From Saccostrea echinata (taxonomy: Eukaryota), in NCBI RefSeq assembly GCF_033153115.1, contig NW_026889785.1:930001-994000 (forward strand): a DNA stretch of 64,000 nucleotides. Direction: 5' to 3'. The translations under genes were made by a program, and so were the position numbers. Below are positions 52,494 through 64,000 of the stretch, piece by piece; positions within the stretch are counted from its first letter, which is position 1, and each line of letters begins with the position of its first letter. The notes below the pieces were generated by a model. That model did no database searches. It was given only the letters and a program-made list of their open reading frames with translations, and was not told where the DNA came from.

Positions 52494-52889
52494 CATCCAG
52501 TGATAATGCCTTAAACAAACGACTGATCAGAGTCCCATTGTCTGCACTTCAAAAGATCGAGCAAAGTGATGAAAAGGAATCAATGAATAGAAACCATTTT
52601 GAAAGCCCATTGCCAAACACTGCATTGGGTCTGAATGAAAATGATACAGATGATCTACACCTGACACAAGATGAAATGAGAGAAATACTAGATGCAAAGG
52701 AAAATGAAACAAGTGTCAGTATGATTGATTTTGCAGGACAATTTGCTTATTATGCTTGTCATCAGATCTACATGAGATCGGAAGCATTCTACATACTGGT
52801 GATGGATATGAGTAAAGCTTTCCAAGATGCGGTTAATAGTGAAACAAATGAACGCCAGGGTTCTATCTTTTCTACGTGGACTTACAAAG
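52494..52889 (+). CDS. Roco-like gene, coding exon 2 (Roc G3)
   Basis: Acceptor ttgtag|; SMIDFAGQFAYYACHQIYMRSEAFYILVMD; donor g|gtatg; phases 1/1. Confidence 0.9.
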
Positions 52890-52999
52890 GTATGATATTT
52901 ATAAAACAGGATTACCAAATACTCCAAATCTAGACATCATATTCTCTTCAATAAAAGAAGGTCAAACTTGAAGTTCTCTGGCCTTGTTCGACCAAATAG

Positions 53000-53430
53000 G
53001 ATTCGATACGCAAGAGCATGCTCTACGTATAAACAATTTCTAAAACAAGATAAATTATTGACAAACAAGATGATGAAACAAAAATATAAGAAGTCTCGTT
53101 TAAAGACATCATTTCGTTAGTTCTATGGTCGATACAATGACCTTATCAGCAAATACAGTTTATCATCAAGTCAAATGCTGACTGACGTTTTTCATACTAA
53201 TTGTTAGGCCATTTTTACACACTGAATTGTCGACGGATTTTCCCGTTATTTCCCGATCATGACAAGGAGCACACGGCGGGAGTGACCGGTCGGCAGGGGA
53301 TGCTCACTCCTCCATGGCACCTGATCCCACCTCTGATGCTTTGGAGGTCCGTGTTTGCTCTGCTCCTATTTTGTATTGTTTAATGGACTTTTGAGCTTGA
53401 ATACTGTTCGTTATCTCTATATATTTCATT
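53000..53430 (+). mobile_element. Penelope-like 3' fragment (well preserved)
   Basis: Near-identical to the reverse complement of 18885-19305. Confidence 0.85.
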
Positions 53431-53896
53431 CAAAGATTTATAAGAGAAGCATAATTCTCATAAAGAACAAAAAAGGCACCACAAAGCCGACAATTCCTCG
53501 CAAGAGAGTACGATTCCTGTAACGCACATCCCAGTAAATGGACGTTACATTAACCCTCTCACCTACTTCCACGAAAAGACGAAACGAAATTCCCATATCA
53601 AAGGGACTCGAAATTAAAGAAACCACAGAGTCTTCCAAATCTGCTTTTTTTTTTATATTTTACAGAAAATAGATCATAGTGGTCATCTCGCACGTAAACT
53701 GCATGATAAACGATATGACTTCAACTTTTACATGGTCGACTTTCCAACTTCGATATATAGGGTTTACGGCGGGTCAACAGTGACACTTACTCCTCCTAGT
53801 CATTTGATGCCAGCTGTTAAGGTTCCGGGGTCTGTGTTTTATTCCCTGTAAACAAATTTGTTTTGACTTTAAGAATTTTAAAGTCTATGTATGTAT

Positions 53897-56784
53897 GGCC
53901 ACACCAATAACATTTCTTGTTCTTTCGACAACTGACCCCCCTAAAATTGGGGAGAGCAAGCGATTTGATAATCATAATATTAATATTTTTTATCAACATA
54001 ATTTCCAGGCGAAGAAGTCAAATAACGAAGCGAGCAATTGTATATTTTTTTTGTTTTCCTTTACATTTCTAGAGTAAATCATTATGAAGTCTTTTCCAAG
54101 TCCCCTGATCATATAAGCCATTCAATATTCTATACTTATGCATAAATAAAACAGTCATAACAATATTGTTGCTATGGTTTCTCACTTTAATTACATAATG
54201 ACTTTCCTCAATATGTACAAAAACAATTAAAAAAAATATATATATTATATTCATTCGTTTACATGTTTAGAACATTATAGGACATTTGATACAGGTTCTT
54301 TAAATGTTTTCATAAAGGTACAAAATTCTGTACATAAATCTACTGATGATATAAGACATTAACTCTCCTATGCACATCAAACCTTTGGTCCATGTTTTTG
54401 CCCTGTTCATAATTGGAATTACATTAAACTACATTTATGAGATTTATCACTGTTTGTTACCTTCATTTGAAAACTGTATTCACAAAATGTGATGTGAACA
54501 GACTATATATACAATCATATAAAAACTGGCCAATTCAAGCAGCACTATTATTATTATTATTACTCTGTATTTATGCACAATATCAGAAGCCATTGTCCCA
54601 AATTTTAATTCACATAATAAAAAAAGGCACAGTAGAACCGTCAACAAGTATGTGTCACTACTATTTATCATTTACAATTAATGCCAGCAGTGATAAGTTA
54701 TTATTACATATAGTAGGTCACAAATATATATATTAAAATATAATAAACACTGAGCTCAGAATAACAAGGTTGAACATCAGTTATAAAATGAAAAAATATT
54801 ATTAAAACCAAAACTAGTTTTTTTTTCTCAAGAGTTGGCTGATATATATTTAGAAATAAAGTGTCAAAGTTGTTTAAATTTTATGGGAAGCTACTTCGAC
54901 GAATCAAGGAAGATAGATACTTTGATTTCTTCTGGCTGATCCACGACAGCTTGGAATAAGTACATGTAAAAAAGGAATCTGTTAAAGAATTGTCTGAGGT
55001 GGATACCAATTACCGGTATTCTATGGCATTATGGAAATATTATCTACCTTCAGTTTGCATGCACTGTGGTTCAGCTGAAGATCTTCTTGAATGGTGTCTG
55101 CACTATATGAACAGTTCTCAGTTGTGAGTCAGAGTCCAGTTTATTTTCACTGTAGAAATTCAGGAAATACCACCAAATCTTGCTGGAGCTAGGGCTTCAA
55201 CACTCAATATCCAAAGGAAATAAATGAAGTAGCTTAGAAGTCTACCTAAAATAAAATAGATGCAGCTTAATAAAATTGTTTAATACATGGTTATTCAGGG
55301 AAAAAAAATGTATATATGCATTTTTTTCTAGTCTTAATTCCTTACACTTACGTCTAGGCATCTCCACAATTTGATTTATGTCCATGGTGTTTTTATCTGC
55401 CTAAACATAACAGATCTGCTCTTTCCAATCCTCACTGTTCACCACGATGGAGGTATTAATTTAACTTGTTTCCTTTGCCGTAACTCTAAGAAGCACCACA
55501 GGAGTTCGCAATTTTATCAATAAAGTCAATAAAAATCACTCGATTGACCAAGCCATGAGCCATGCGTTAGCATAGCGAACAGGAATGCAACGCGTTTTGG
55601 GAGAAATTTACCAATTTGCTTTTATCCACCGCTTATTCAATACAACTTGTTAGCATTCATGTCAAACAACATTTCTCTGCTAAAATTTGTTCTCTAACCC
55701 TTCTCGAATGCTGTCAATACCCACTTTCTTCGATTTCGCGTAAACATTCGTTTTACCGAGAAGCCATTGCGTGATGTCACATCAAACCCGAACCTGACAG
55801 ATAATTATTAAATTAAAAAAAAAGATAGCGAATGAACTTTAAATTATTTCCTGTTGCTTTATATTATCTCCTACTTACCAAATTGTACCAGCAAAGTTGT
55901 TGGACACGACGAATTTTCCATTTTCCTTACTCAATATTTCAATTTGCGCGCACATACAACTGAAATTATCGCCCTTTGTTTTTGAACAGCTCGACATGGT
56001 TTCTCGTCACAAAAAAATATAATCGGGGGATATTAAGCATTATGATTTATTCAATTTATTTATAAAATAAAATATGTACAATAATTGACAACGTGTTTAT
56101 TCATTTTTTTTATTTAAAACAATCGAATAATATATTTGTCGGGTCCGGGTTTGATGTGACGTCACGCAATGGCTTCTCGGTAAAACGAATGTTTACGCGA
56201 AATCGAAGAAAGTAGGTATTGACAGCATTCGAGAAGGGTTAGAAAGCAAATTTTAGTAGAGAAATGTTGTTTGATACGAATGCTGACAAGCTGTATTGAA
56301 TAAGCGGTGGATAAAAGCAAATTGGTAAATTTCTCCAAAAACGCGTTGCATTCCTGTTTGCTATGCTAACGCATAGCTCATGGCTTGGTCAATTGAGTGA
56401 TTTTTATTGACTTTATTGATAAAATTGCGAACTCCTGTGGAAGCACGCTTAAAACAGTTTGTGCAACTGTGTGTGCCTCATTGGAGTTAATGACCGTGTT
56501 TTTTTTTACGACAGATACCGTCAAATTAGCTCAATAGTCAATGCATGTAACTGTCCAGAGTGTCAAATGTCCTTTCTCATGCAAATTGATCAATGTTGTC
56601 TCAGTTTTGCCGACGCGTAAAATTTACTACTTATTACCGAGCATTAAAAATAAAACAAAAAAATGGGGCGGGAAATGGAACAAAAATTTCCGGAAGCAGG
56701 AAATTTAATATAATATTATTTTTTACGTTTCTTTAAAATACGAGCGCGCGGGTCCGACGTACAAGAAATTTTATTAATGTGGCC
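53897..56784. mobile_element. Possible DNA transposon (GGCC-terminated, Zator-like) hosting the foldback element
   Basis: ggccacaccaataa ... ttattaatgtggcc imperfect TIRs; appears to interrupt a Penelope 3' tail. Confidence 0.4.
55497..56439. mobile_element. Foldback element with ~305-bp TIRs and 7-bp TSD (P-superfamily/Galileo-like)
   Basis: gaagcac|cacaggagttcgcaat... and ...attgcgaactcctgtg|gaagcac; arms ~55497-55802 and ~56134-56439. Confidence 0.85.
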
Positions 56785-57287
56785 TTTGTTTCATTTACCT
56801 TTTTATTCATACAAAATCTGCTTAACCTTCATCACAATATTACTTACGAAAACAATGTTCCAATCCGCTTGAAGTTACTCTTACATGTAAAATTCGCACC
56901 ATTATGAAGAAAAAAAAATTATTTATACTAAATAAAAGAAAACTAAATGAGAAAGCATGAGTTCAATAGGTACTCAAGTTATATAAACTTGTATTACCTT
57001 GGTCAGAACGGTTAGGCTTTTTAATTAACTATTTTGCGACTTATAAAGAATAAAATGCAATAACTCCCTTTATTCAATATAACATGAGCTGCAATTTTCA
57101 TTCCTTGATATAAAGTTTGCATTACAATTGCTGTGATAAATGATTTAAAATGAAAGTTTACATAAGGGATTTATTTTTGGTCCAGGTAATTATCATGGTC
57201 CATCGATCTCGTATGTCCATTTTCTACGTTTGTGTTTATTAATAATAATTGAAATGAATTATATTTATTACTGCAATTTGTTACTAG

Positions 57288-57385
57288 ATTATCTTTACTT
57301 CTGGCTTGACTCCATAAAATCGTTTAGTGGAACTTCTGCACAAATTCTTGTGGTGGCTACGCATGCAGAAGGCAAGACAGATGAG
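57288..57385 (+). CDS. Roco-like gene, coding exon 3 (Roc G4)
   Basis: Acceptor tactag|; DYLYFWLDSI...ILVVATHAE; donor |gtattt; phases 1/0. Confidence 0.85.
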
Positions 57386-57487
57386 GTATTTGACATACGT
57401 TTTATGACAGATTCCTAATGAGTAAACTGTTGTAAAGCTCCAATATAATGCACCAAAATATCATTCAATAAATAACCTGCTTTTATA

Positions 57488-58750
57488 TACTAGCGAAAAA
57501 AAAGAAACTGCACAATACTTAAAGTATAAAATATAAGAATTAAATATTAACGACTATAGATTTAAATCAGTAGCATGATTTAAAATGCATTGTTTACAAA
57601 TATGTGGGATTAATTTGTGTTAACGTCATAAAACATCACTTGTAGGACGGTAGAAAGACACATTTACTTGAAAGGCGATTCACAAACTTAATACCGCGTA
57701 TGGCCACCATTTGAATTCACGCATGTTTAACACAGGCGTCTCATTGATGATACTTAATTATCTAAAAATTCCTGGGGAATGTTGTTCCAGACATTGGTCA
57801 ATTCCTGGCCTAAATCGTCCAATGGTTTAGTTAATAACGTAACCGTCTTTTCAATTCATTGCATGTGTTCAATTGGCGATACGTCGGGCGAAACTGCTGG
57901 GTAATAACATCTCTGACAACACGGGCAATGCGGTCTGACGTTATGCTGTTGCAATGTAATTGGATTTTGTTGTCATTACGCTATAACCTTCAAATTGTCG
58001 ACGTTGCAGTACACACGCATCCAAGTAACTCTCCCCATTCCGAAGATAAAACCTGTCACTGCTGTCCAAATGAAATCTTGATTCATCAGTGAGCAAAAAA
58101 TAGGCCCATTCTTAAAATCGGTATCTTAGATGTCTCTGACACCATCTTGTGACGTTGAAGTAGTATTGGACGTATCGGAGGACGTCTATGTCTTACGTTA
58201 TACTCACACAAGTGATTATTTTTAGTTCTTGTACTTAAACCGGGGATGCTACGAGCAGTCAAACTTGCTGTCTGAAAATGATTTTGCAGATGCATGCTAT
58301 GGTTATCTTTGCGAACCTACGACTCATGGGGGCGTCCTGAACGTTATCGATCCAAAGCGTAGCCGCATTGTTTGAACCGTCTCCATAATGTCAGGTTAAT
58401 GTTTCTGACACCAAATTGTCGTGCAACAACGTTTTTGGCCATCCAAGCCTGCAACATTCCAGCAACATAAAGATATTGATTTTCATTTAGACTAAGCAGA
58501 TTTATAGATCCTGATAATACCAAAGTGAATTTGTCTCATACAAACATCATTTACCTGAGATACCATGCGAGTACGATTCATTCAAAAACCAACATGTGGT
58601 TGCCCACCATGTAAAATCCGTCCAATAGTCCAAGCCTATTGTCATTAATATCACTACATCTATCGAATATTAACCGCTCATAAATATAAACAATATGCTT
58701 TGAGTCCTATCTTATATATACTAATGCAGTTTCTTTTTTTTTCGTTAGTA
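57488..58750 (-). mobile_element. Degenerate Tc1 transposon
   Basis: TIRs tactagcgaaaaaaaagaaactgca / tgcagtttcttttttttt cgttagta flanked by TA; minus-strand remnants VVARQFGV, RSGRP, DESRF, WNNIPQ and GGHTRY. Confidence 0.85.
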
Positions 58751-59132
58751 TATTTATTATCTTTCAATGTTGGGGTTGGAGTTAAAATAAGAATAATGTG
58801 AGTAAAATTTGCTTTATTATTTTCATTGAACCGTTTGAAGCACAATAATACAACTTACAATTTTTTTAAAAAATCTTAGTGACTTATACATTGCATGCGT
58901 TTACTCCTCAAAACTATTAATTTCCGGATTTTTTGAAGACGTGTTATTTGCCTAGATTACTATGGCACGACAAGTCAAGGAAAGCCTTGCAACGTTATAA
59001 TAAATAAAGTTTTTGATGTTTCTTGTCGGTATTTTTCAGGAAATTCAGAGCTTATTTTGATGATGAACACAATTGTGACCTTGTTTTTATTTTACTTTTT
59101 GTACACCTAGTCGTTATAAATTTTCAAAATAG

Positions 59133-60302
59133 GAAAAGGACTCTTTCTGGGAGAGTCTTTGGACGTTATTACCAGAGTATGATAAGACGAGGATTTACGA
59201 CAGTGACTTTGCATTAGGACTACTGGAGATGAATGAACAAGGGAGGCATGCTCTGGAGAGTCTAAAAACATCAATAGCAGACGTAGTATCGCAAATCATG
59301 GACACAGGGATAGAAGTTCCCTCAGCTTGGGCTCTTCTTGAGCATCTCTTGAAAAAAACAGAAAAACCTATCTTGTCAATCAGTGACATCAACGAAGAGA
59401 ATAAGAAACTTCCTGAAGAATACCAATTGAAAAGTCAAGAAGAAATATATGATTTTCTGTCCTTTTTCCATAGTCATGGAGTGTTACTATTTTTTATGGA
59501 GGAAGGACTGAAAACACACGCAATTCTCGGTATACAATGGTTTTCCGATGCATTCAGTAAACTTATTGCCGACAAGAGCCACATAAATAGAGACTGTCAA
59601 CGACGACATATCAAGGAATGGGACTATTTTAATGCCACGGGAAATCTGAAGAATTCACTTGTAGATGCTCTTTGGAAAAAGGAACAATCTTATTTGGAAC
59701 ACAAGACTGAGCTTATGGCATATATGGAGAGACTACGAATGTTAGTCAACATTGGTGAGTCAGAAGGCGAAATATCTTGGTATGTTCCTTGCATGAACAA
59801 TAAGCGTTTTACACGGGATGTTTGTAGATGGGAAAGGAAATACTCGTCAATTTTGAGTTTTCGGTTCATATCCTTTGCCATGTTCGTGTATTACAGACTT
59901 ATTGCATATTGCATGAGTTTCCTCAAGTGGAATGTGCAGTTGGATAAAGAAAACAGCCTATGTCTTTATCACACAGCAGCAATTTTTGAAACCCAAAATC
60001 ACACAGTTATCGTTGGTATAATTGATAATGACCTCCAGATTCAAGTCCTCCGAATCAAGAATCTGAATCCCAAAGTTTCATGTGAAATTGGAAAAACAAT
60101 CGAATTTGCCTTAACAGAATTGACGAAGACATTTGATGAGAAGAAGTCCTTCGTAAAAGGTTACAAATGTTTGAATCTGTTCTGTAGTGAAGATGATATG
60201 TCATTTATTCCAGAAAATAAACTGTCTGGGGTCCAATGCAACTGTCCAATTGAGGAAAAACATGAAATGGATGTACAATGGACGCTCTATTTTTGGATGG
60301 AG
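59133..60302 (+). CDS. Roco-like gene, coding exon 4 (end of Roc plus COR)
   Basis: Acceptor aaatag|; EVPSAWALLE, FLSFFHSHGVLLFF, IQWFSDAF, WYVPCM and VYYRLI are COR-like motifs; donor |gtgcgt; phases 0/0. Confidence 0.85.
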
Positions 60303-60512
60303 GTGCGTACCATGTTTTTGTTTTTAAACCAAAGCAAAAATAATAGAAAAATCTGTAAGTCTCTCCTTTGGACTTACTTTGACACGAAGTGATACGTCAT
60401 GGCCACGATTTAAGGGTTTTTGTAAAACTTTTTTTTTAATTTAAAGCTTTTATGTGTGCTTTTCTTTTGTAGTATATATATGTTGTATTTAGAACAAAAA
60501 TATTTCAAATTC

Positions 60513-60646
60513 NNNNNNNNNNNNNNNNNNNNNNNNNNNNNNNNNNNNNNNNNNNNNNNNNNNNNNNNNNNNNNNNNNNNNNNNNNNNNNNNNNNNNNNN
60601 NNNNNNNNNNNNNNNNNNNNNNNNNNNNNNNNNNNNNNNNNNNNNN
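60513..60646. other. Assembly gap (N run) inside intron 4
   Basis: Run of n. Confidence 1.
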
Positions 60647-61721
60647 AAAAACTTCACTGGGAAATGGGTTGGTACATGATCAAAACTTCGGAGGTCTGAG
60701 GTCTTCACAGGATTTGTTCACGAGACCAACCCACTTCATTTCCCAGTAAAGTTTAAAAACTTGTTATCTATTTCTAAAATAAACTTGGTAAATATAATAC
60801 ATATCACAAATAGGTTTCCAGTGCTCTTCATAATCTAAAAATATAAAATTTCTTAATATTGTCCCCACAATATTATCTAGCATTGAGATGCTTAGTTTAG
60901 GCACATTTTTAACCTTCTAACAAAAATTAATTGTTTAACAGTAAATATTAATATATTCTGTAGCTTAAACATGTTTTTATTGTTGAGTTTGCCAAAAAGG
61001 ATATCTTTTCTATCAAAATTCATGGAAAAATGAAATTTATTAATAAACCACTTCTCAAGATGACACCATATTTTTTTTTACATGGACACATTCGAAAAAT
61101 AAATGTTCAATTGTTTTAACATGTTGCAAAAGGAGCATGCAGGTGTTTCAATTAGTTTAAGTTTATCTGGTGCAATAATCCTGTGCAAAAAATGAATCTG
61201 CAACCAGTGAAACTTTGCTTCTTTACTTACTTTAAAAGTAAGTTCAAGTATTTTGTTCCATTCTATATCCCAAAAAATATTCCATTATTTTTCCTTTTTT
61301 CCATTGCCTTAATTGTTTATATTTTTCTTCTTCCTAATGAGAATACTGTACATATTTATACAGCGTTTGTTGCTTTTGTAAAAAAAATTATATAATGGGA
61401 TTTAGGGATGAATGGTTAATTTTCTTCTCTTTTTTTCAATTTTTGTACTTTTCAATATTTTTAAAACATCTACTTTTAAACCCGTATATTCTACAAAATT
61501 TGTTTTTACATTTAGATTTGTGAGGTATTCAAGGTTTACAATTTTTTTAAACTTTGATTGCCATTTTTTTTAGTTAAGATAATAAATAATCGGTCTATAG
61601 TCATCTTGGAAATACAATTTTAAGTATATGAAAATTAAAAGAAAATTGACACATCGCAATTTGCAAGCCCACCCCTTTAAGAATATAATAGTCGTTTACT
61701 AATGAACAACTATATTTTCAG

Positions 61722-62424
61722 GATATTGTTTGCGACAAGAATCCAAAGTCGTTTGGAAGAAATCTTGACGGTCGTACTAGATTTGCAAAACTTGGAATGG
61801 CAATAAATGATGTGTTAACTCAGACATATAGAGACATTTTAGAGAAAGAGATTCCCTCTTCTCAGATAATGGGTAAAGTGGAATTAACAAAAAGATATAA
61901 AAACCTCCACTGTGAACAACAAAATCTTTTGAAGGACGCCAAAAACTCTGGTTATAAAAAATTTGATATAACTCTTCTCTATACTCTGATGAGAAACTTT
62001 TCTACAACAACCCCGAGGCCAACACATGGTTGGGGTTTAAAGGCCCCACCTGCAGCAGGGGAGATAACTGTGGGGGATGACATTGAAAGGATCCGACTGA
62101 TTCGAAACAAAGTGTATGGTCACGTTAATTCAGCTTCAGTCTCACAAGCAGAATTTGATGATAACTGGTCAATCATCTCTGATATCTGCAAACGACTTGA
62201 AACATATACTGGAAAAAGCTACTCAAATGAACTTGATAACATTAAGAAACTTTCCTTGGGAGAAGATAGCCGAGAGGCAATTATAGAAAAAATTAAAGTA
62301 AACAAAGAAATACTCGATAAAATGCAGTCAATGGAAACTGGTATACAGTCTATACAGATAGATGCAAACTTAATAAAAGCAGATTTGCAAGAAATAAAAT
62401 TAGCTGTGACTTGTGAGAGGAAAG
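61722..62424 (+). CDS. Roco-like gene, coding exon 5 (DZIP3/hRUL138-like HEPN plus coiled coil)
   Basis: Acceptor tttcag|; FDITLLYTLMRN...PTHGWG...VGDDIERIRLIRNKVYGH; heptad-like tail; donor g|gtaac; phases 0/1. Confidence 0.85.
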
Positions 62425-62890
62425 GTAACCATATATTTTCATGTATCTGTGAAAATTTGCTAGTAGTAAAACATTAAGGTACTGAAAAAAGAATATTTTA
62501 GCAAAATATATTAGGGGGGACCAATCCACTGATATGAGTTAAATTAAAAACATTGACTTTTATGTACTTTTGCCTGTATTTTTCAAATTATATACAAGAT
62601 TGGATTGTTGACTTAGGACAAATATAACTTTTGCATGACTTGTCAAAGGTTCAACAGGTATGTTGTCAATCACCCCTCCCCCCAATGAAAAGGAGGGTTT
62701 GTTTGTTGTCATCCTTGTAGTAACGTTTCATAATGTTGTCAAATATAATGAAAATACATTTAAAAGAAGTAAACATTTTGATATACCTGGATTAAGATCA
62801 CCCTTATGAAATGAAGAATATCACAAAATTTAATACTACGCTTATGAGAAGAGATGAAATTATCATTGCTTCCCTGTCTTATTTTTTCAG

Positions 62891-62934
62891 ATGAAGAGGA
62901 GTCTTGTTGGCCAAGAAGGTGTGGAATCTTGTAA
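62891..62934 (+). CDS. Roco-like gene, terminal coding exon ending in CaaX (CGIL)
   Basis: Polypyrimidine acceptor attttttcag|; phase-1 join gives DEEESCWPRRCGIL*. Confidence 0.7.
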
Positions 62935-63633
62935 ATGTAAATGTACTGTTTGCTTTCAAATAACAGAAAAAGGATATTACACTGTAGTGAGAAAAACTTA
63001 TTTTATAGAATGTTATCAATTATACATTTAGAGCAAACATATATTTTACTTTATTTACATTTGCAAATATTTTTCTTAGATGAACCTATTGAAGAGAAAA
63101 TATGTTCAATTCTGTATGAACTTATTAGGGGGTAAGAGGTCATGGCTTGACCGAATCACACAGCGAGACGATATATTGTCTACATATTTCTGTCACAGTG
63201 AAACTGGTTTCGGAACTTATTGAAAAATATATTTTTTTTCGTTCAACAAATGATCATTAGATCTTTCTTCGGTGTGAAGAATGTTTTAATTAGCCTAAAA
63301 TCACGCTTACCTCTCTAACCCGAAATTCCTTTGAAGGTATGTAAACTGAAGACGATAGCACCGCTTTTGACTTCATATATAAAGAACTCATACAATAATA
63401 TTAGGATAATTCCCAGTAGCGATCATTGTTTTTTTTATTATGAACAGATATTTCCTGAACTGGACTGCTGAACATCAATGTAAATATTCAAATGTTGGAG
63501 TGAGACGAACTCTCAAGACCAAACAGCTTCTAGGTTATTGCGCGTCACAGCATAGCAATACGGCGGGCCGTTCGTGTAATAAATGCAGTTCTATCAAGAA
63601 TATTCGTCTCAAATGTAAATAAAAGTAATAAAC

Positions 63634-63770
63634 AACAATGTTAAAAATTTCACTGGGAAATGAACTTGGTTGGTACGTGATCAAATCTTCTGAGAAGCCC
63701 TTCGGGCTTCACAGGATTTGATCACGTGATCAACCAAGTTCATTTCCCAGAGAACTTTTTAACATTGTTT
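63634..63770. repeat. Long palindromic element with gcccttcgggc apex; related copies at ~60647-60760 and ~1620-1680
   Basis: aacaatgttaaaaa...ctgggaaatgaacttggttg...gtgatcaaatc / gatttgatcac...caaccaagttcatttcccag...tttttaacattgtt. Confidence 0.8.
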
Positions 63771-64000
63771 TTGATTTCTTAATTAATTTACAAAGTTCTC
63801 ACCATACCATAATTCAGAAATATTAACTAAACTGTCATGCCATGTGCATATTTGTTCAATTCCATTACCTGTATATACTAAAATTGCCAGGCATATCTTC
63901 CTGTGAATCAATGCACTAAGTGTCTGCTGAATTTATACAATGAACTGATTCTATATCATTCGTATTACATACGTTTTGACTTTTGAGATGATTGATATGG

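Overview
AT-rich, intron-containing, repeat-dense animal DNA. The repeat content (Helentron-type HINEs with ~160-170 bp tandem arrays, tRNA-derived SINEs, Penelope-like fragments) suggests a bivalve such as an oyster; this is an inference. Two host genes can be rebuilt by hand from GT-AG splice sites with matching phases. (1) The last two exons of a FAM111-like trypsin-family serine protease with an intact His/Asp/Ser triad (1813-3361). (2) A six-coding-exon gene (48609-62934) encoding ~980 aa with the architecture B-box x2 - Roc GTPase - COR - DZIP3-like HEPN (RNKVYGH) - coiled coil - C-terminal CaaX box (CGIL). Gene 2 is the most interesting element here: a putative prenylated, GTPase-gated HEPN RNase resembling innate-immune effectors. 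Between the genes lie a two-LTR Ty3/Gypsy element (30171-38649; HhH domain on Gag, -1 frameshift cassette, extra zinc-finger ORF, nested TTAA transposon), a decayed Penelope-like element with an N-terminal GIY-YIG domain, and many SINE, LINE, HINE, mariner and Kolobok-type fragments. Tc1 and foldback elements sit in the introns of gene 2. All domain calls come from motif recognition by eye; no searches were run.
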